From the NCBI GenBank assembly GCA_029259155.1, contig JAPDJI010000018.1, positions 1 through 48,865 on the forward strand: DNA of 48,865 bases, in the 5' to 3' direction. The translations under genes were made by a program, and so were the position numbers. Source of the stretch: Candidatus Methanomethylicia archaeon. GTDB lineage: Archaea; Thermoproteota; Methanomethylicia; Nezhaarchaeales; B40-G2. Below the pieces are notes generated by a model. It searched no databases, had not been told where the DNA came from, and saw only the letters and a program-made list of their open reading frames with translations. How positions within the stretch are numbered: the stretch's first letter is position 1; every line of letters begins with the position of its first letter. Of the stretch, positions 1-9,276 are shown piece by piece.

Positions 1-1
1 C

Positions 2-679
2 CAGGGAGTAGAAGTGGTTTCCATGCAGACCCACGGTGCTCTCTTAACCGAGAGGACCGTAGAGGAGCTTGAAGAAGCTGGTTTATCTAGAGTAAACCTA
101 TCCATCGATGCACTCGATGAGGAATTAGCTAGAAAGTTGTCCGATACGCCTAGCTACGATATAGAGAGGATTACATGGATAGCGGAGTACATAGCTAAAT
201 CCACCAACATAGACCTTTTGATCTCCCCTGTATGGGTGCCTAGTTTAAACGATGGAGAGATACCCAAGATCATCGAGTTTGCCTTGAAGATAGGAGCAGG
301 TAAGCGTTGGCCTCCCCTAGGGATCCAGAAGATGGAGGTGCATAAGTATGGTAGGAAGCCTAAAGGGGTCAAAGCTATGACTTGGTATAGGTTCTATAGG
401 TCCCTGAAGGAGCTTGAAGCCAGGTTCAAAGTTAAGCTCATACTCTCCCCTCGGGACTTCGGTATCCATAAGAGGGTTAAGGTGCCCTCGCCCTTCCGCA
501 GGTTTGAGAAGGTAAGGGTTAGGGTGGTTGGGCCAGGTTGGCTCAAAGGAGAAAAGCTAGGCGTCGCTAAGGGTAGGACCTTGACGCTAGTAGATGCCGA
601 TCAAGTTAAGATCGGCAGTACAGTCAGCGTTACAGTAATAGGAGTTAAAGACGGACTTTACATAGCTAGGCCTGTGTAG
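2..679 (+). CDS. Radical SAM protein with C-terminal TRAM domain (5'-truncated by window edge)
   Basis: Frame open from base 2; 'QTHG', 'RVNLSIDAL' radical-SAM barrel motifs; C-terminal TRAM-like beta domain (GEKLGVAKGRTLTLV...YIARPV). Confidence 0.75.
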   Translation, partial: QGVEVVSMQTHGALLTERTVEELEEAGLSRVNLSIDALDEELARKLSDTPSYDIERITWIAEYIAKSTNIDLLISPVWVPSLNDGEIPKIIEFALKIGAGKRWPPLGIQKMEVHKYGRKPKGVKAMTWYRFYRSLKELEARFKVKLILSPRDFGIHKRVKVPSPFRRFEKVRVRVVGPGWLKGEKLGVAKGRTLTLVDADQVKIGSTVSVTVIGVKDGLYIARPV

Positions 680-682
680 ACC

Positions 683-1153
683 GTGAAGCTAACTATGTTG
701 CAGATTCGAGTCATTAGGGAAGAAGACCTTAAACACATATACTTGATCGAGGAGAGGTGTTTCGGGAAAGAAGCCTACCCTAGACCGTTACTTTTCTGGT
801 TATATCACCTTCACCGTGACGAGTTCTTCGTAGCCGAGGTGAAGGGGAAGGTCGTGGGTTATGCTGTAGGAGCTGTGATGAAGGGGAGGGGGCATATCAT
901 ATCCATAGCTGTAGACCCTGAACATCAACGTAAAGGGATCGGAACGAGGCTCTTGACTGCCCTCATGGAGCAGCTTGAAAAGAGAAAAGTGAAAGGCTTT
1001 AGGCTCGAAGTTAAAGTAGATAATGAAGCTGCCAGGAGGTTCTATGAGAAGCATGGGTTTAAGCAGGTAGGCTTTGTAGAGGGCTACTACCGTGATGGGA
1101 CAGGCGCAGTGATCTATGAGAAGAGCAGTAAACCCAAATCCAGCCCCGCCTAG
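683..1153 (+). CDS. rimI: RimI/Ard1-family N-acetyltransferase (GNAT)
   Basis: GHIISIAVDPEHQRKGIG acetyl-CoA motif; LEVKVDNEAARRFYEKHGF; GYYRDG. Confidence 0.9.
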   Translation: MKLTMLQIRVIREEDLKHIYLIEERCFGKEAYPRPLLFWLYHLHRDEFFVAEVKGKVVGYAVGAVMKGRGHIISIAVDPEHQRKGIGTRLLTALMEQLEKRKVKGFRLEVKVDNEAARRFYEKHGFKQVGFVEGYYRDGTGAVIYEKSSKPKSSPA

Positions 1154-1173
1154 TTAGGTTAGGGGGAGGTTTT

Positions 1174-3552
1174 TTGGAGCTTACCTTTTGGCTCCTTGAT
1201 CCCTCCTATACCGTGGTGGAGGGGGTCCCTGAGGTTAGGTTATGGGGTATCACAGACGATGGGAGAAGGGTGTTAGTTAAGGATCGAGGGTTTAGACCCT
1301 ACTTCTATGTTCTGCCCAAAAGAGAGGCTGACTTAAGCAAGCTTAAGGAAAACATCTTAGCTTTATCCCTACCTGACCATCCTATTCTAAGCGTTGAAGA
1401 AGTGGAGAAAAAGTATCTAGGAAAACCGGTGAAAGTACTTAAAGTAACTTGTCAGCAGCCACCATCCATCCCTACCTATAGGGAAAAAGTCAAGAGGCTT
1501 AGCTCCGTTGAAGAGGTATTAGAAGCTGATATAAGGTTTTACATAAGGTACATGATAGATAACCAAGTAGAGCCGTGTGGTTGGCATCAAGTAAAGGTTA
1601 GGGAGGTGCCTCCTTCAGAAGCTAAGGGGTTTAAGGTAGACGCGGTGTACGAGGCTTTAGAGCCACCTAAACCTCTACCTCCAGCTCCTCCACCTAAGCT
1701 TAAGGTTTTAGCTTTCGACATAGAATGCTACAGCGAGACTGGGACACCTAAGCCCCATAAAGACCCTGTCATAATCATATCCGTGGTCACGAACAGCGGA
1801 GATAAAAGACATTTTTTAGCGGACGGCAAAGATGATAGGAAAGTTCTCGAGGGTTTCGTCTCCTTTGTCAAGGAATTTGACCCCGACGTCATAGTGGGAT
1901 ACAACAGCAACTTCTTTGACTGGCCGTACCTTGTTGATAGAGCTAAAAAGGTAGGTATTAAGCTCGACGTAAGCCGAGAAGGCACAGAGCCTCAACCGAG
2001 CGTTTATGGACATTATTCCATAGTTGGGAGAGGGTCCGTAGACCTGTATAATTATGCTGAGGGGTTAACCGAGGTAAAGGTGAAGACCCTTGAAAACGTA
2101 GCTGACTACTTGAAGGTCATGTCCAAGGATCGCAGGACCATGATAGAGTACACAGAGCTATACAGGTACTGGGATGATCCTTCTAAGCGCGACTTACTGC
2201 TTAAATACGCCATGGAGGATGCAGAGTCAACCTTTGGTATAGCAGAGAAAACCTTACCCTTCCTCATACAACTCTCCAATCTAACAGGCTTACCTTTAGA
2301 CCAGGTAGTAGCCGCCTCGGTGGGTTTCAGGGTTGAGTTCCACCTGTTACGTCACGCTTATCTCGAAGGCGAGCTAGCCCCAAATAGAGTGGAGAGGCCT
2401 TATTCTCCGTATAGAGGCGCGATAGTTCTTAAACCTAGGCCAGGGATACATGAAAACATAGCTGTCATAGACTTCTCCTCCATGTATCCTCACCTCATGA
2501 TAAAGTATAACATAGGCTTCGATTCCTACTTACCGCCAGGTGAACCACCACCAGATGAAGGCTTCTATGAAGCACCCGAAGTCAAACATAGATTTAAGAA
2601 AACGCCCCCAAGCCTATATCGAAGAATGCTTGAAAAACTTCTCGAAGCTCGAGCAAAGATAAGGGAACAGATGAAGGGTCTCGACCCACATAGCCCCGAG
2701 TACACTATCCTCGATAATAGGCAGCAGGCGGTTAAGGTACTTGCCAACGCCTCTTACGGCTATCTAGGCTGGGTGGGGGCTAGGTTCTACATGAAGCCTT
2801 GCGCTGAAGCGACGGCAGCTTACGGCAGGCAGACCATAATGAAAGCCAACCAGCTAGCTAAGGAGTATGGCCTCGACGTTATATACTCCGACACCGACAG
2901 CCTCTTCGTTAAGTACGAGGAGGGTAAGGTGGAGGAGTTCATCAATAGAGTGGAGAAGGAGGTAGAAATAGAGCTCAAGGTAGACAAGATCTACTCGGTG
3001 CTTTTCTTCACTGAAGCCGCCAAGAAGTACGCAGGTCTACTGAGCGACGGCACCATAGACGTAGTAGGATTCGAAGCCGTCCGAGGCGATTGGTGCAGTC
3101 TAGCCCAAGAAGTTCAAACGAGAGTACTCGAGCTGGTATTAAAGGAAAAATCGGTGCAGGCAGCCGTCAGGTATGTACAAGACGTAGTGACAAAGCTTAG
3201 GAAGGGAGAGGTGCCTTTAAAGGAGCTCGTTATATGGAAGACCTTAACAAAGAGTTTTGAAGAGTATGAAGTAGAAGCTGCCCATGTAACCGCTGCTAAA
3301 AAGCTCCTTGAAGCTGGTTATGGGCTTGAGGTGGGAGATAAGGTAGGTTACGTCATAGTTAAAGGACCATCCGATAAGCTAGCCGATAAAGCGATGCCCT
3401 ACATCATGGTTAAGCCTGAGGACGTAGACTATGAATACTACGCTACTAGACAAGTAGTGCCGTCAGCCCTCAGAGTATTGAGGTACTTTAACGTGAAGGA
3501 AGATGAGCTATTAGCCGGCAGGAAGCAGACATCGCTCTTCGACTTTACTTAG
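1174..3552 (+). CDS. polB: Family B DNA polymerase (PolB3 type)
   Basis: Exonuclease FDIE and GYNS motifs; polymerase DFSSMYP, KVLANASYGY, YSDTDS, KKYA; C-terminal PIP box QTSLFDF. Confidence 0.97.
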   Translation: MELTFWLLDPSYTVVEGVPEVRLWGITDDGRRVLVKDRGFRPYFYVLPKREADLSKLKENILALSLPDHPILSVEEVEKKYLGKPVKVLKVTCQQPPSIPTYREKVKRLSSVEEVLEADIRFYIRYMIDNQVEPCGWHQVKVREVPPSEAKGFKVDAVYEALEPPKPLPPAPPPKLKVLAFDIECYSETGTPKPHKDPVIIISVVTNSGDKRHFLADGKDDRKVLEGFVSFVKEFDPDVIVGYNSNFFDWPYLVDRAKKVGIKLDVSREGTEPQPSVYGHYSIVGRGSVDLYNYAEGLTEVKVKTLENVADYLKVMSKDRRTMIEYTELYRYWDDPSKRDLLLKYAMEDAESTFGIAEKTLPFLIQLSNLTGLPLDQVVAASVGFRVEFHLLRHAYLEGELAPNRVERPYSPYRGAIVLKPRPGIHENIAVIDFSSMYPHLMIKYNIGFDSYLPPGEPPPDEGFYEAPEVKHRFKKTPPSLYRRMLEKLLEARAKIREQMKGLDPHSPEYTILDNRQQAVKVLANASYGYLGWVGARFYMKPCAEATAAYGRQTIMKANQLAKEYGLDVIYSDTDSLFVKYEEGKVEEFINRVEKEVEIELKVDKIYSVLFFTEAAKKYAGLLSDGTIDVVGFEAVRGDWCSLAQEVQTRVLELVLKEKSVQAAVRYVQDVVTKLRKGEVPLKELVIWKTLTKSFEEYEVEAAHVTAAKKLLEAGYGLEVGDKVGYVIVKGPSDKLADKAMPYIMVKPEDVDYEYYATRQVVPSALRVLRYFNVKEDELLAGRKQTSLFDFT

Positions 3553-4804
3553 ACATGAAATCAAATAAGGATAGGGAGCGGGCAGGTTTTCCTCCACCCA
3601 CTAATAGGTTCATTTTTTCAATGAAAACAAACTCCATCCCCTTAGGTATTATACCACTAGCTGCAACACTATGTCCATCCCCAAAACCACCAACCGCTTT
3701 GGCTGCCTCTGGAAGGAGTGTAGAAAGCGGAGGTCGTGAACCGTCGTTAATGAGGCTTGCTAACACGTCTGGAGCCCTTGCTGAAACTTTAACGTAACTT
3801 CTCTTCAACTGGCCTAAACCTGGAATTTCAGGGCTCATGTTCATGAAGCCGACAAGGTACATTCCCCTATCAATAAGGCGCCTTTGGAATGAGAGGTAGG
3901 AAAGAAAGGTGCCTATCACCTTGGTACCCATGCCTTTGAAGGCGTCACCTACATGAAGCCACTGTATTGAACCATCCTTCTTAAGCCCTTCACTCCGCAC
4001 CCTAGATAGTAGCTGTTGATTAACGTTCTTACGGTCCCCCTCAAGCTTAGCTATAAACTCCTCCACACCACTTGGCGGAGAGCCTAAGCATAGATCAATC
4101 GCCATCCTTGGCCCTCCGCTATAGTAACCCACAGAGCTAAGTACTGTGAGCTTTGTAGACCATCTTTCACGAGAAACCTTCTCGCCTCCGAGCAGGACTG
4201 TTATCTTAACTCCGGCCTTAGACTCCGAAACTTCAGCTAATCCAGCGTTAACTGCATCCCTCAAAGCCTCCTCATTCAACCCTTTAGGCTCGCCTGGAAC
4301 CTCCGTTGAACCTATGACGGCCAACACAGCTAACTGAGGGTCTGCGATGCCTAATGCTTTGGAGAAAGCATAGCATACTGTAGCACCTGAAGCATAGGTT
4401 TCCCCGCTTACGCCATGCAACTCAGGGTTAAGGTTAAGTACTAAGTGACTAGGTGATGGTACCGCGTCGTGGTGGTCTAAGATTAAGGTTAAGTTACGAT
4501 CTTCGTTAAGCCTAGCTATCAGCTCAGCGTGCGCCGAGCCTATATCAACGTAGAGTATAAGACCCCCTTCACCAGCCTGTATGAGTTCTAAAGCTTCAGG
4601 GAAGGCCTTCTCAAGACATATTAGCTCTGCCTCTAAGCCTAAATGCTGGATGGCCTTGTAGGTTATGGATGCTGCAGTCACGCCGTCAGCGTCATCGTGA
4701 AAAATGATCTTAACCCATTTAGGCTCGTAACTGCTCAGTCTTCGCGCAGCTTCAACAAGCTGTTCCTTAAATGAAAGCAATCCCTCAGGGCTAAAAGAAG
4801 ACAT
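3545..4804 (-). CDS. RecJ/Cdc45-like DHH family phosphoesterase
   Basis: HDDADG, VDIGS, ILDHH and GDGHSVAASG (DHHA1) motifs; ATG at 4804 follows dnaG. Confidence 0.85.
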   Translation of the reverse strand: MSSFSPEGLLSFKEQLVEAARRLSSYEPKWVKIIFHDDADGVTAASITYKAIQHLGLEAELICLEKAFPEALELIQAGEGGLILYVDIGSAHAELIARLNEDRNLTLILDHHDAVPSPSHLVLNLNPELHGVSGETYASGATVCYAFSKALGIADPQLAVLAVIGSTEVPGEPKGLNEEALRDAVNAGLAEVSESKAGVKITVLLGGEKVSRERWSTKLTVLSSVGYYSGGPRMAIDLCLGSPPSGVEEFIAKLEGDRKNVNQQLLSRVRSEGLKKDGSIQWLHVGDAFKGMGTKVIGTFLSYLSFQRRLIDRGMYLVGFMNMSPEIPGLGQLKRSYVKVSARAPDVLASLINDGSRPPLSTLLPEAAKAVGGFGDGHSVAASGIIPKGMEFVFIEKMNLLVGGGKPARSLSLFDFMSK

Positions 4805-4808
4805 GGAG

Positions 4809-5966
4809 TTAACCCAGCACCTCATTAAGCGTAGCTATCTCAAGGCTTTCAGGCTTCTTAGCTATGTCCCCGACCCTCGCGCACACCAAGAGCGACACTC
4901 CTTTACGTTCAGCTATATCCACCAACCTTTGAGTAGCCACACCGTCATACACCACGTATTTAACTCCGTCCAAGCTTTGGAGAGTCTCAGCAAGATCTCT
5001 TACAGGCACTTTTTGTAGGAGGTTCCAGTCACCATCAAAGAGAAGAGCTTCAAGCGTGCCTAGTAGCTCCTTAGCTTCATCGATAACATGGCTTGGAAAC
5101 TCCAGCTTCTTAGTAGGTTCCTTAGGAACATGTGGTTTCTCAAGAACTAGGTGTGCTTGGTCTACAGGTACCTTATCACGCAGACACTTAGCTATCTCCT
5201 TGCCAGTTAACTCCTCTACTTCTCTGCCCGGTGGAGCTCTAGCTATGAAATCTATATCGGCTAGTTGTAACAGCTCCTTTAATACTAGTTCTCCTCCACG
5301 GTCCCCGTCTACGAAGGCTATGACAGTCTTCTCCTTGGTCAAATCTATGATCGTTTGCGGCACCACAGCCCCCTCCATGGCTATAACGTTCCTATAATCA
5401 TGTCTTAGAAGGTTGATCACGTCAGCTCTACCCTCAACCACGATTATAGTATCGCTACTATCAATGTCAGGGCCTGCCGGCAATCTATCTGGACCATAGA
5501 AAGTCAACTGAGCTTCCCTTACAGCTTTAAGCACCTCTTCTAAAAGCTCCTTAGATTCAGGAGCTCCCTCGCTCCTCCACTTCAATAAGAGCTCCTTAGC
5601 CCTTTCCACTATTTTCTTACGCTTCTCTTCACGTACATCCTCTATCCTCGTTACCTTAATCCTGGCGTCGCAAGGCCCCACCTTATCCACAGACTCTATG
5701 GCAGCTGCTATGAGAGCAGTCTCTACCTTATCTAGGCTCGAAGGAATTTCCATGGTCCCCTTAGACTTACCACCCTTAGACTCTATGTTTACCTGAACCC
5801 TCCCTATTCTTCCAGCTTTCTGAAGCTCTCTCAGGTCGAGTTTATCGCCAAGTAAGCCTTCAGTTTGTCCAAAGATTGCACCTATCACGTCAGACTTCTC
5901 GATCACACCATCCACTTCAATAGTAGCATAGATCAAGTACTTAGGTGTAACCGCAACACCTCCCAT
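4809..5966 (-). CDS. dnaG: Archaeal DnaG (Toprim; exosome-associated)
   Basis: IGAIFGQTEGLLG, IVVEGRADV, DGDRGG; SD GAGGTGA upstream. Confidence 0.96.
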   Translation of the reverse strand: MGGVAVTPKYLIYATIEVDGVIEKSDVIGAIFGQTEGLLGDKLDLRELQKAGRIGRVQVNIESKGGKSKGTMEIPSSLDKVETALIAAAIESVDKVGPCDARIKVTRIEDVREEKRKKIVERAKELLLKWRSEGAPESKELLEEVLKAVREAQLTFYGPDRLPAGPDIDSSDTIIVVEGRADVINLLRHDYRNVIAMEGAVVPQTIIDLTKEKTVIAFVDGDRGGELVLKELLQLADIDFIARAPPGREVEELTGKEIAKCLRDKVPVDQAHLVLEKPHVPKEPTKKLEFPSHVIDEAKELLGTLEALLFDGDWNLLQKVPVRDLAETLQSLDGVKYVVYDGVATQRLVDIAERKGVSLLVCARVGDIAKKPESLEIATLNEVLG

Positions 5967-6236
5967 TCAATTCACCTCAAATCATGTTCTCCCATATACA
6001 AGTGAACTACAAACCTTTTCTAGCAGAGAGGCTACCCTTAACCTTTCCCCCTATTGCATCCATCATAACATGCTTTCAGGAAAAAGCCACACAGTGCTCC
6101 TCGCCCCTTCTTTTCCATGCAACGACAAAGCAAAATGTCCTTGAACCCGCACTTGGGTAGAGCTTTTGTTTCAAGCTTAAGGTTTATATAGCCTTGAAGT
6201 AGCTTAGCGGGTGCTGGGGGATCGGTATTTACCGAG

Positions 6237-7304
6237 ATGAGGCTAAACTTAGTCTTAAGGAACACCGAGGAAGTGATCTCACAAGAGGAGCTTAAGAGAC
6301 TTCTCGAGGAGAAACCCAGGCCTAAGGCGTATTGGGGTTTTGAGTGTTCAGGGCTCATGCATATAGGGATGGGGCTCATTACAGGGTCTAAGATCAAAGA
6401 CCTAGTCGATGCAGGCTTCGACTATGTCATCTTCCTGGCCGACTGGCACTCTTGGATTAACAATAAGCTTGGAGGAGACATGGAGAAGATTAGACTTGTA
6501 GGAGAATACTTCAAACACTGCTTCACAGCTCTAGGTATCCCACCAGATAAGGTACGCTACATCTGGTCTTCGGAGCTCACAAGCGATTCCAGGTACTGGG
6601 AGATCGTGATAAAGGTCGCTAAGAACTCCACGTTGAACCGTATTAGAAGGTCTTTACCAATCATGGGCAGAGGGTTAACGGAGGGAGGTGACATAGAAGC
6701 AGCTTGGCTAATCTATCCATGTATGCAGGTGGCTGATATTTTCTACATGGATCTTGACGTGGCCTGTGGAGGCATAGATCAACGCAAAGCTCACATGTTA
6801 GCTAGAGACGTAGCTGATAAGCTAGGGTTTAAGAAGCCTATATGCGTCCATACCCCTCTCCTCATGGGTCTAGAGGGACCTGGTGAAGTTAAAGGAGAGT
6901 TCGATGAAGACCAAAAGACAGACTTGAACATAGCATCTAAAATGTCTAAGAGCCTCCCCGAGCGCTGTATCTTCATCCACGACGAGCCAGAGGAAATCAA
7001 GTTAAAGCTTAGAAAAGCATACTGTCCTCCACGAGAAAGCACAGGCAACCCTGTGATGGAGCTGGCAAGGCTGGTGGTCTACCCAAAACTAGGTAAACTG
7101 ATGGTTAAGAGACCAAGCGGCGAAGTAGAGTTTGTGAGTTATGGAGAGCTTGAAGCAGCATATCTTAAAGGAGAAGTTCATCCTCTAGATCTTAAAGAAG
7201 CCATAGCAGAGGCTTTAATCGAAATCTTGAAGCCTGTAAGAGAGTACTTCAAGGGTCGAAGTAAGCTACTAGAAAAGGTTAAGGCGATCGAGGCGACGCG
7301 TTGA
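6237..7304 (+). CDS. tyrS: Tyrosyl-tRNA synthetase
   Basis: YWGFECSGLMHIG (HIGH), YPCMQVAD, GGIDQRKAH, KMSKS. Confidence 0.96.
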   Translation: MRLNLVLRNTEEVISQEELKRLLEEKPRPKAYWGFECSGLMHIGMGLITGSKIKDLVDAGFDYVIFLADWHSWINNKLGGDMEKIRLVGEYFKHCFTALGIPPDKVRYIWSSELTSDSRYWEIVIKVAKNSTLNRIRRSLPIMGRGLTEGGDIEAAWLIYPCMQVADIFYMDLDVACGGIDQRKAHMLARDVADKLGFKKPICVHTPLLMGLEGPGEVKGEFDEDQKTDLNIASKMSKSLPERCIFIHDEPEEIKLKLRKAYCPPRESTGNPVMELARLVVYPKLGKLMVKRPSGEVEFVSYGELEAAYLKGEVHPLDLKEAIAEALIEILKPVREYFKGRSKLLEKVKAIEATR

Positions 7305-7305
7305 G

Positions 7306-7320
7306 GAAACCCTTTATCTT
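7306..7320 (+). promoter_or_regulatory. Putative BRE/TATA promoter for the downstream structured RNA
   Basis: GAAACC-CTTTATCT about 25 nt upstream of the GC-rich stem starting at 7342. Confidence 0.5.
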
Positions 7321-7341
7321 TGAGATCTTAATTGTATAGAT

Positions 7342-7453
7342 GGGGCTGCCCCTGCCGAGAAAGACCGTGTACGAGAGTCCTCGCTGAGGGGGCCTTAAGG
7401 CCTGTCGAGGAAGCTGGGTGAGTCAATGCACGGTTACAGGCAGGGCCGCCCCC
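7342..7453 (+). ncRNA. H/ACA-like guide RNA enclosed by a terminal stem
   Basis: Outer stem GGGGCtGCCcCTGCC/GGCAGGGCcGCCCC; lower stem GACCGTGTA/TGCACGGTT followed by ACA (7436-7438); internal pocket; GCT-GA...GAG-GA-AGC K-turn-like motif; followed by TTCTTTT. Confidence 0.6.
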
Positions 7454-7458
7454 TTCTT

Positions 7459-7580
7459 TTAACCGTCGACTGGGGTTGGTGTGCCGTAGCTGGGTAAGGC
7501 CTAACTCATCGCGCGGGGCCTAAGCCCCGCCTACTCGTTAAGGCCCCTGTCACTACGGCCTCTTCTCCCCCGACGGTTAA
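7459..7580 (-). ncRNA. H/ACA-like guide RNA inside a bulge-helix-loop processing stem
   Basis: Minus strand: stem GCCGTAG/CTACGGC then ACA; pocket; AAC-GA...GAT-GA-GTT K-turn; apical GCGGGGC-TTAG-GCCCCGC; flanked by 10-bp stem TTAACCGTCG/CGACGGTTAA, GGGG/CCCC helix and AGT bulge. Confidence 0.7.
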
Positions 7581-7608
7581 GAGAAAAACCGCACACGTGC
7601 TCTTATCC

Positions 7609-9276
7609 TTAACCTCGCTTAAGCTCTAAAAGCTTAGAAACATCAAGCTCGAAAGCCGCTACAGGGTTTTCCAATCTAAACGAAGACAAGACTGCTGGAT
7701 TAATCTCCCCGAGCAAAGCCACCTTGGATCCCTTCACGACCAGCCAGGCTACCCTCCCCTTAATGAAGGAAGGATGGTCTTCAGCCTCCACCGACCATTC
7801 TTCGAAGCCTAGGTTCCTGAGCAACGAGTATAACACCGCCTGCACGTCCTCGTAACCTACCTCACGGTCGCAGATGGCGCAGGCAATCTTTCTTATCATC
7901 CTAGTTTTCGTAGGCTTATCCTCATCTATCACTACGACGTCTCCACACTCGAAAATACGTTGAGGAAGCGAAGCATGTCTATTATGGCTTAGAAACTCGA
8001 GAAGCAAAGGTAGGAGCCAATTTCGTAGACAAGTATAGTCACGCGACACCGGGTTTTCAAGGATAACCGCTGAGCCAGGGTTAAGTAACATGTTATGGAA
8101 AAGTACCTCCTCAGACGTTAATACGTAGCTCAGTACCTCTTGAAAGCCGAAGCCTATCATCAACTCCCTGATCTTCGATGAAAAGACCGTCACCTCAAGC
8201 TCTTTTCCGACCTGAGTTGAAGGGGGGATTAATGGTGATAGTTTATCGTAGCCGTAGCCTATGGCTATGTCCTCTATTATATCTACAGCGTGAAGTATGT
8301 CACATCGGTAAGGTGGAGCCCACGCACGTATTGAACGGTCATCGACCTTCTCTACGAAGTACCCCATCTTAGTTAAACAGGCCTCAGCCTCCTTAACGTT
8401 CACCTCAATACCTATGAGCTTAGATGCCTCAACTAGATCAACTTCAACCCCTATAGGAGAGAGGAAAGGAGGGTTGAGGAGCCTGTCAGGATAAGCCACT
8501 TCTACGCTCTCTATTACTCCACCGCGCTCAGCCAGGTTTAAGGCCATGACGTTTAGGACCTTACTCACCGCCTCCATATCCACACCGGTTACGTCGAGAA
8601 GGATATCGGTGGTCGAAGAGGACACTCTTGTAAGGTTTCCGTTTATGATAGGCGGCATCGATAACACCCTGCCCTCAGAGTCGTAGAGGAGAGGATACTT
8701 TTGAAAACCTCGTAAAAGATGAGCATACTCCCTCCCCTTCTCGGTCTTTGTTAAAATCTCGTCACCGCTCATCTCCTCCACTTCATCGAGAGGAGTGAAC
8801 CTGATCTGCGATGGAGGTAGGGCTGCATAGATTATCTCGTTGCCTACCGCCTTTAAGTCGTGGACACCGATGGACACCTTCATCCTTCTCCTACAGTAAG
8901 TCAAATGAAGTTTTTCCTGCAACATCATTACTTGCCTAACCGCCTCTTCAGAAAGCTTAACCCCCCTGACCACCGCGCATAGAATGAAGGGCCTAACCTC
9001 CAAGACAGAGGAGTCAACCTTAACCTTCACGGGCCCCCTGATAGCTGAATAACCTCGAGGACCTTCGAGCCCCATAAAGAGCCTTAAAGCCCTAGCGATA
9101 CCTTCAGCACTCAGCATGTCAGGTCTATCAGCATTGACCTCTATGGTAACCTCGTCATCGACCACAGACTCCACCAAACACTTATGTAGGAAAAGACATT
9201 CGCTCAGCTCCTCTATAGTCACTTCCTTGCCTATCAAGGAGGTTAAATCGTCATAGCTTGTAGTGATAGTGGGCAT
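7609..9276 (-). CDS. pheT: Phenylalanyl-tRNA synthetase beta subunit
   Basis: NADRPDMLSAEGIAR, QEKLH, SMPPIING, YRCDILHAVDIIEDIAIGYGY. Confidence 0.97.
   Translation of the reverse strand: MPTITTSYDDLTSLIGKEVTIEELSECLFLHKCLVESVVDDEVTIEVNADRPDMLSAEGIARALRLFMGLEGPRGYSAIRGPVKVKVDSSVLEVRPFILCAVVRGVKLSEEAVRQVMMLQEKLHLTYCRRRMKVSIGVHDLKAVGNEIIYAALPPSQIRFTPLDEVEEMSGDEILTKTEKGREYAHLLRGFQKYPLLYDSEGRVLSMPPIINGNLTRVSSSTTDILLDVTGVDMEAVSKVLNVMALNLAERGGVIESVEVAYPDRLLNPPFLSPIGVEVDLVEASKLIGIEVNVKEAEACLTKMGYFVEKVDDRSIRAWAPPYRCDILHAVDIIEDIAIGYGYDKLSPLIPPSTQVGKELEVTVFSSKIRELMIGFGFQEVLSYVLTSEEVLFHNMLLNPGSAVILENPVSRDYTCLRNWLLPLLLEFLSHNRHASLPQRIFECGDVVVIDEDKPTKTRMIRKIACAICDREVGYEDVQAVLYSLLRNLGFEEWSVEAEDHPSFIKGRVAWLVVKGSKVALLGEINPAVLSSFRLENPVAAFELDVSKLLELKRG

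Noticed and set aside
7342-7580. 5S rRNA, tRNA or SRP RNA in the tyrS-pheT gap
   Set aside because: No 5S conserved motifs, no cloverleaf or TTCGA loop, no SRP helix 8 motif; H/ACA-like layout fits better
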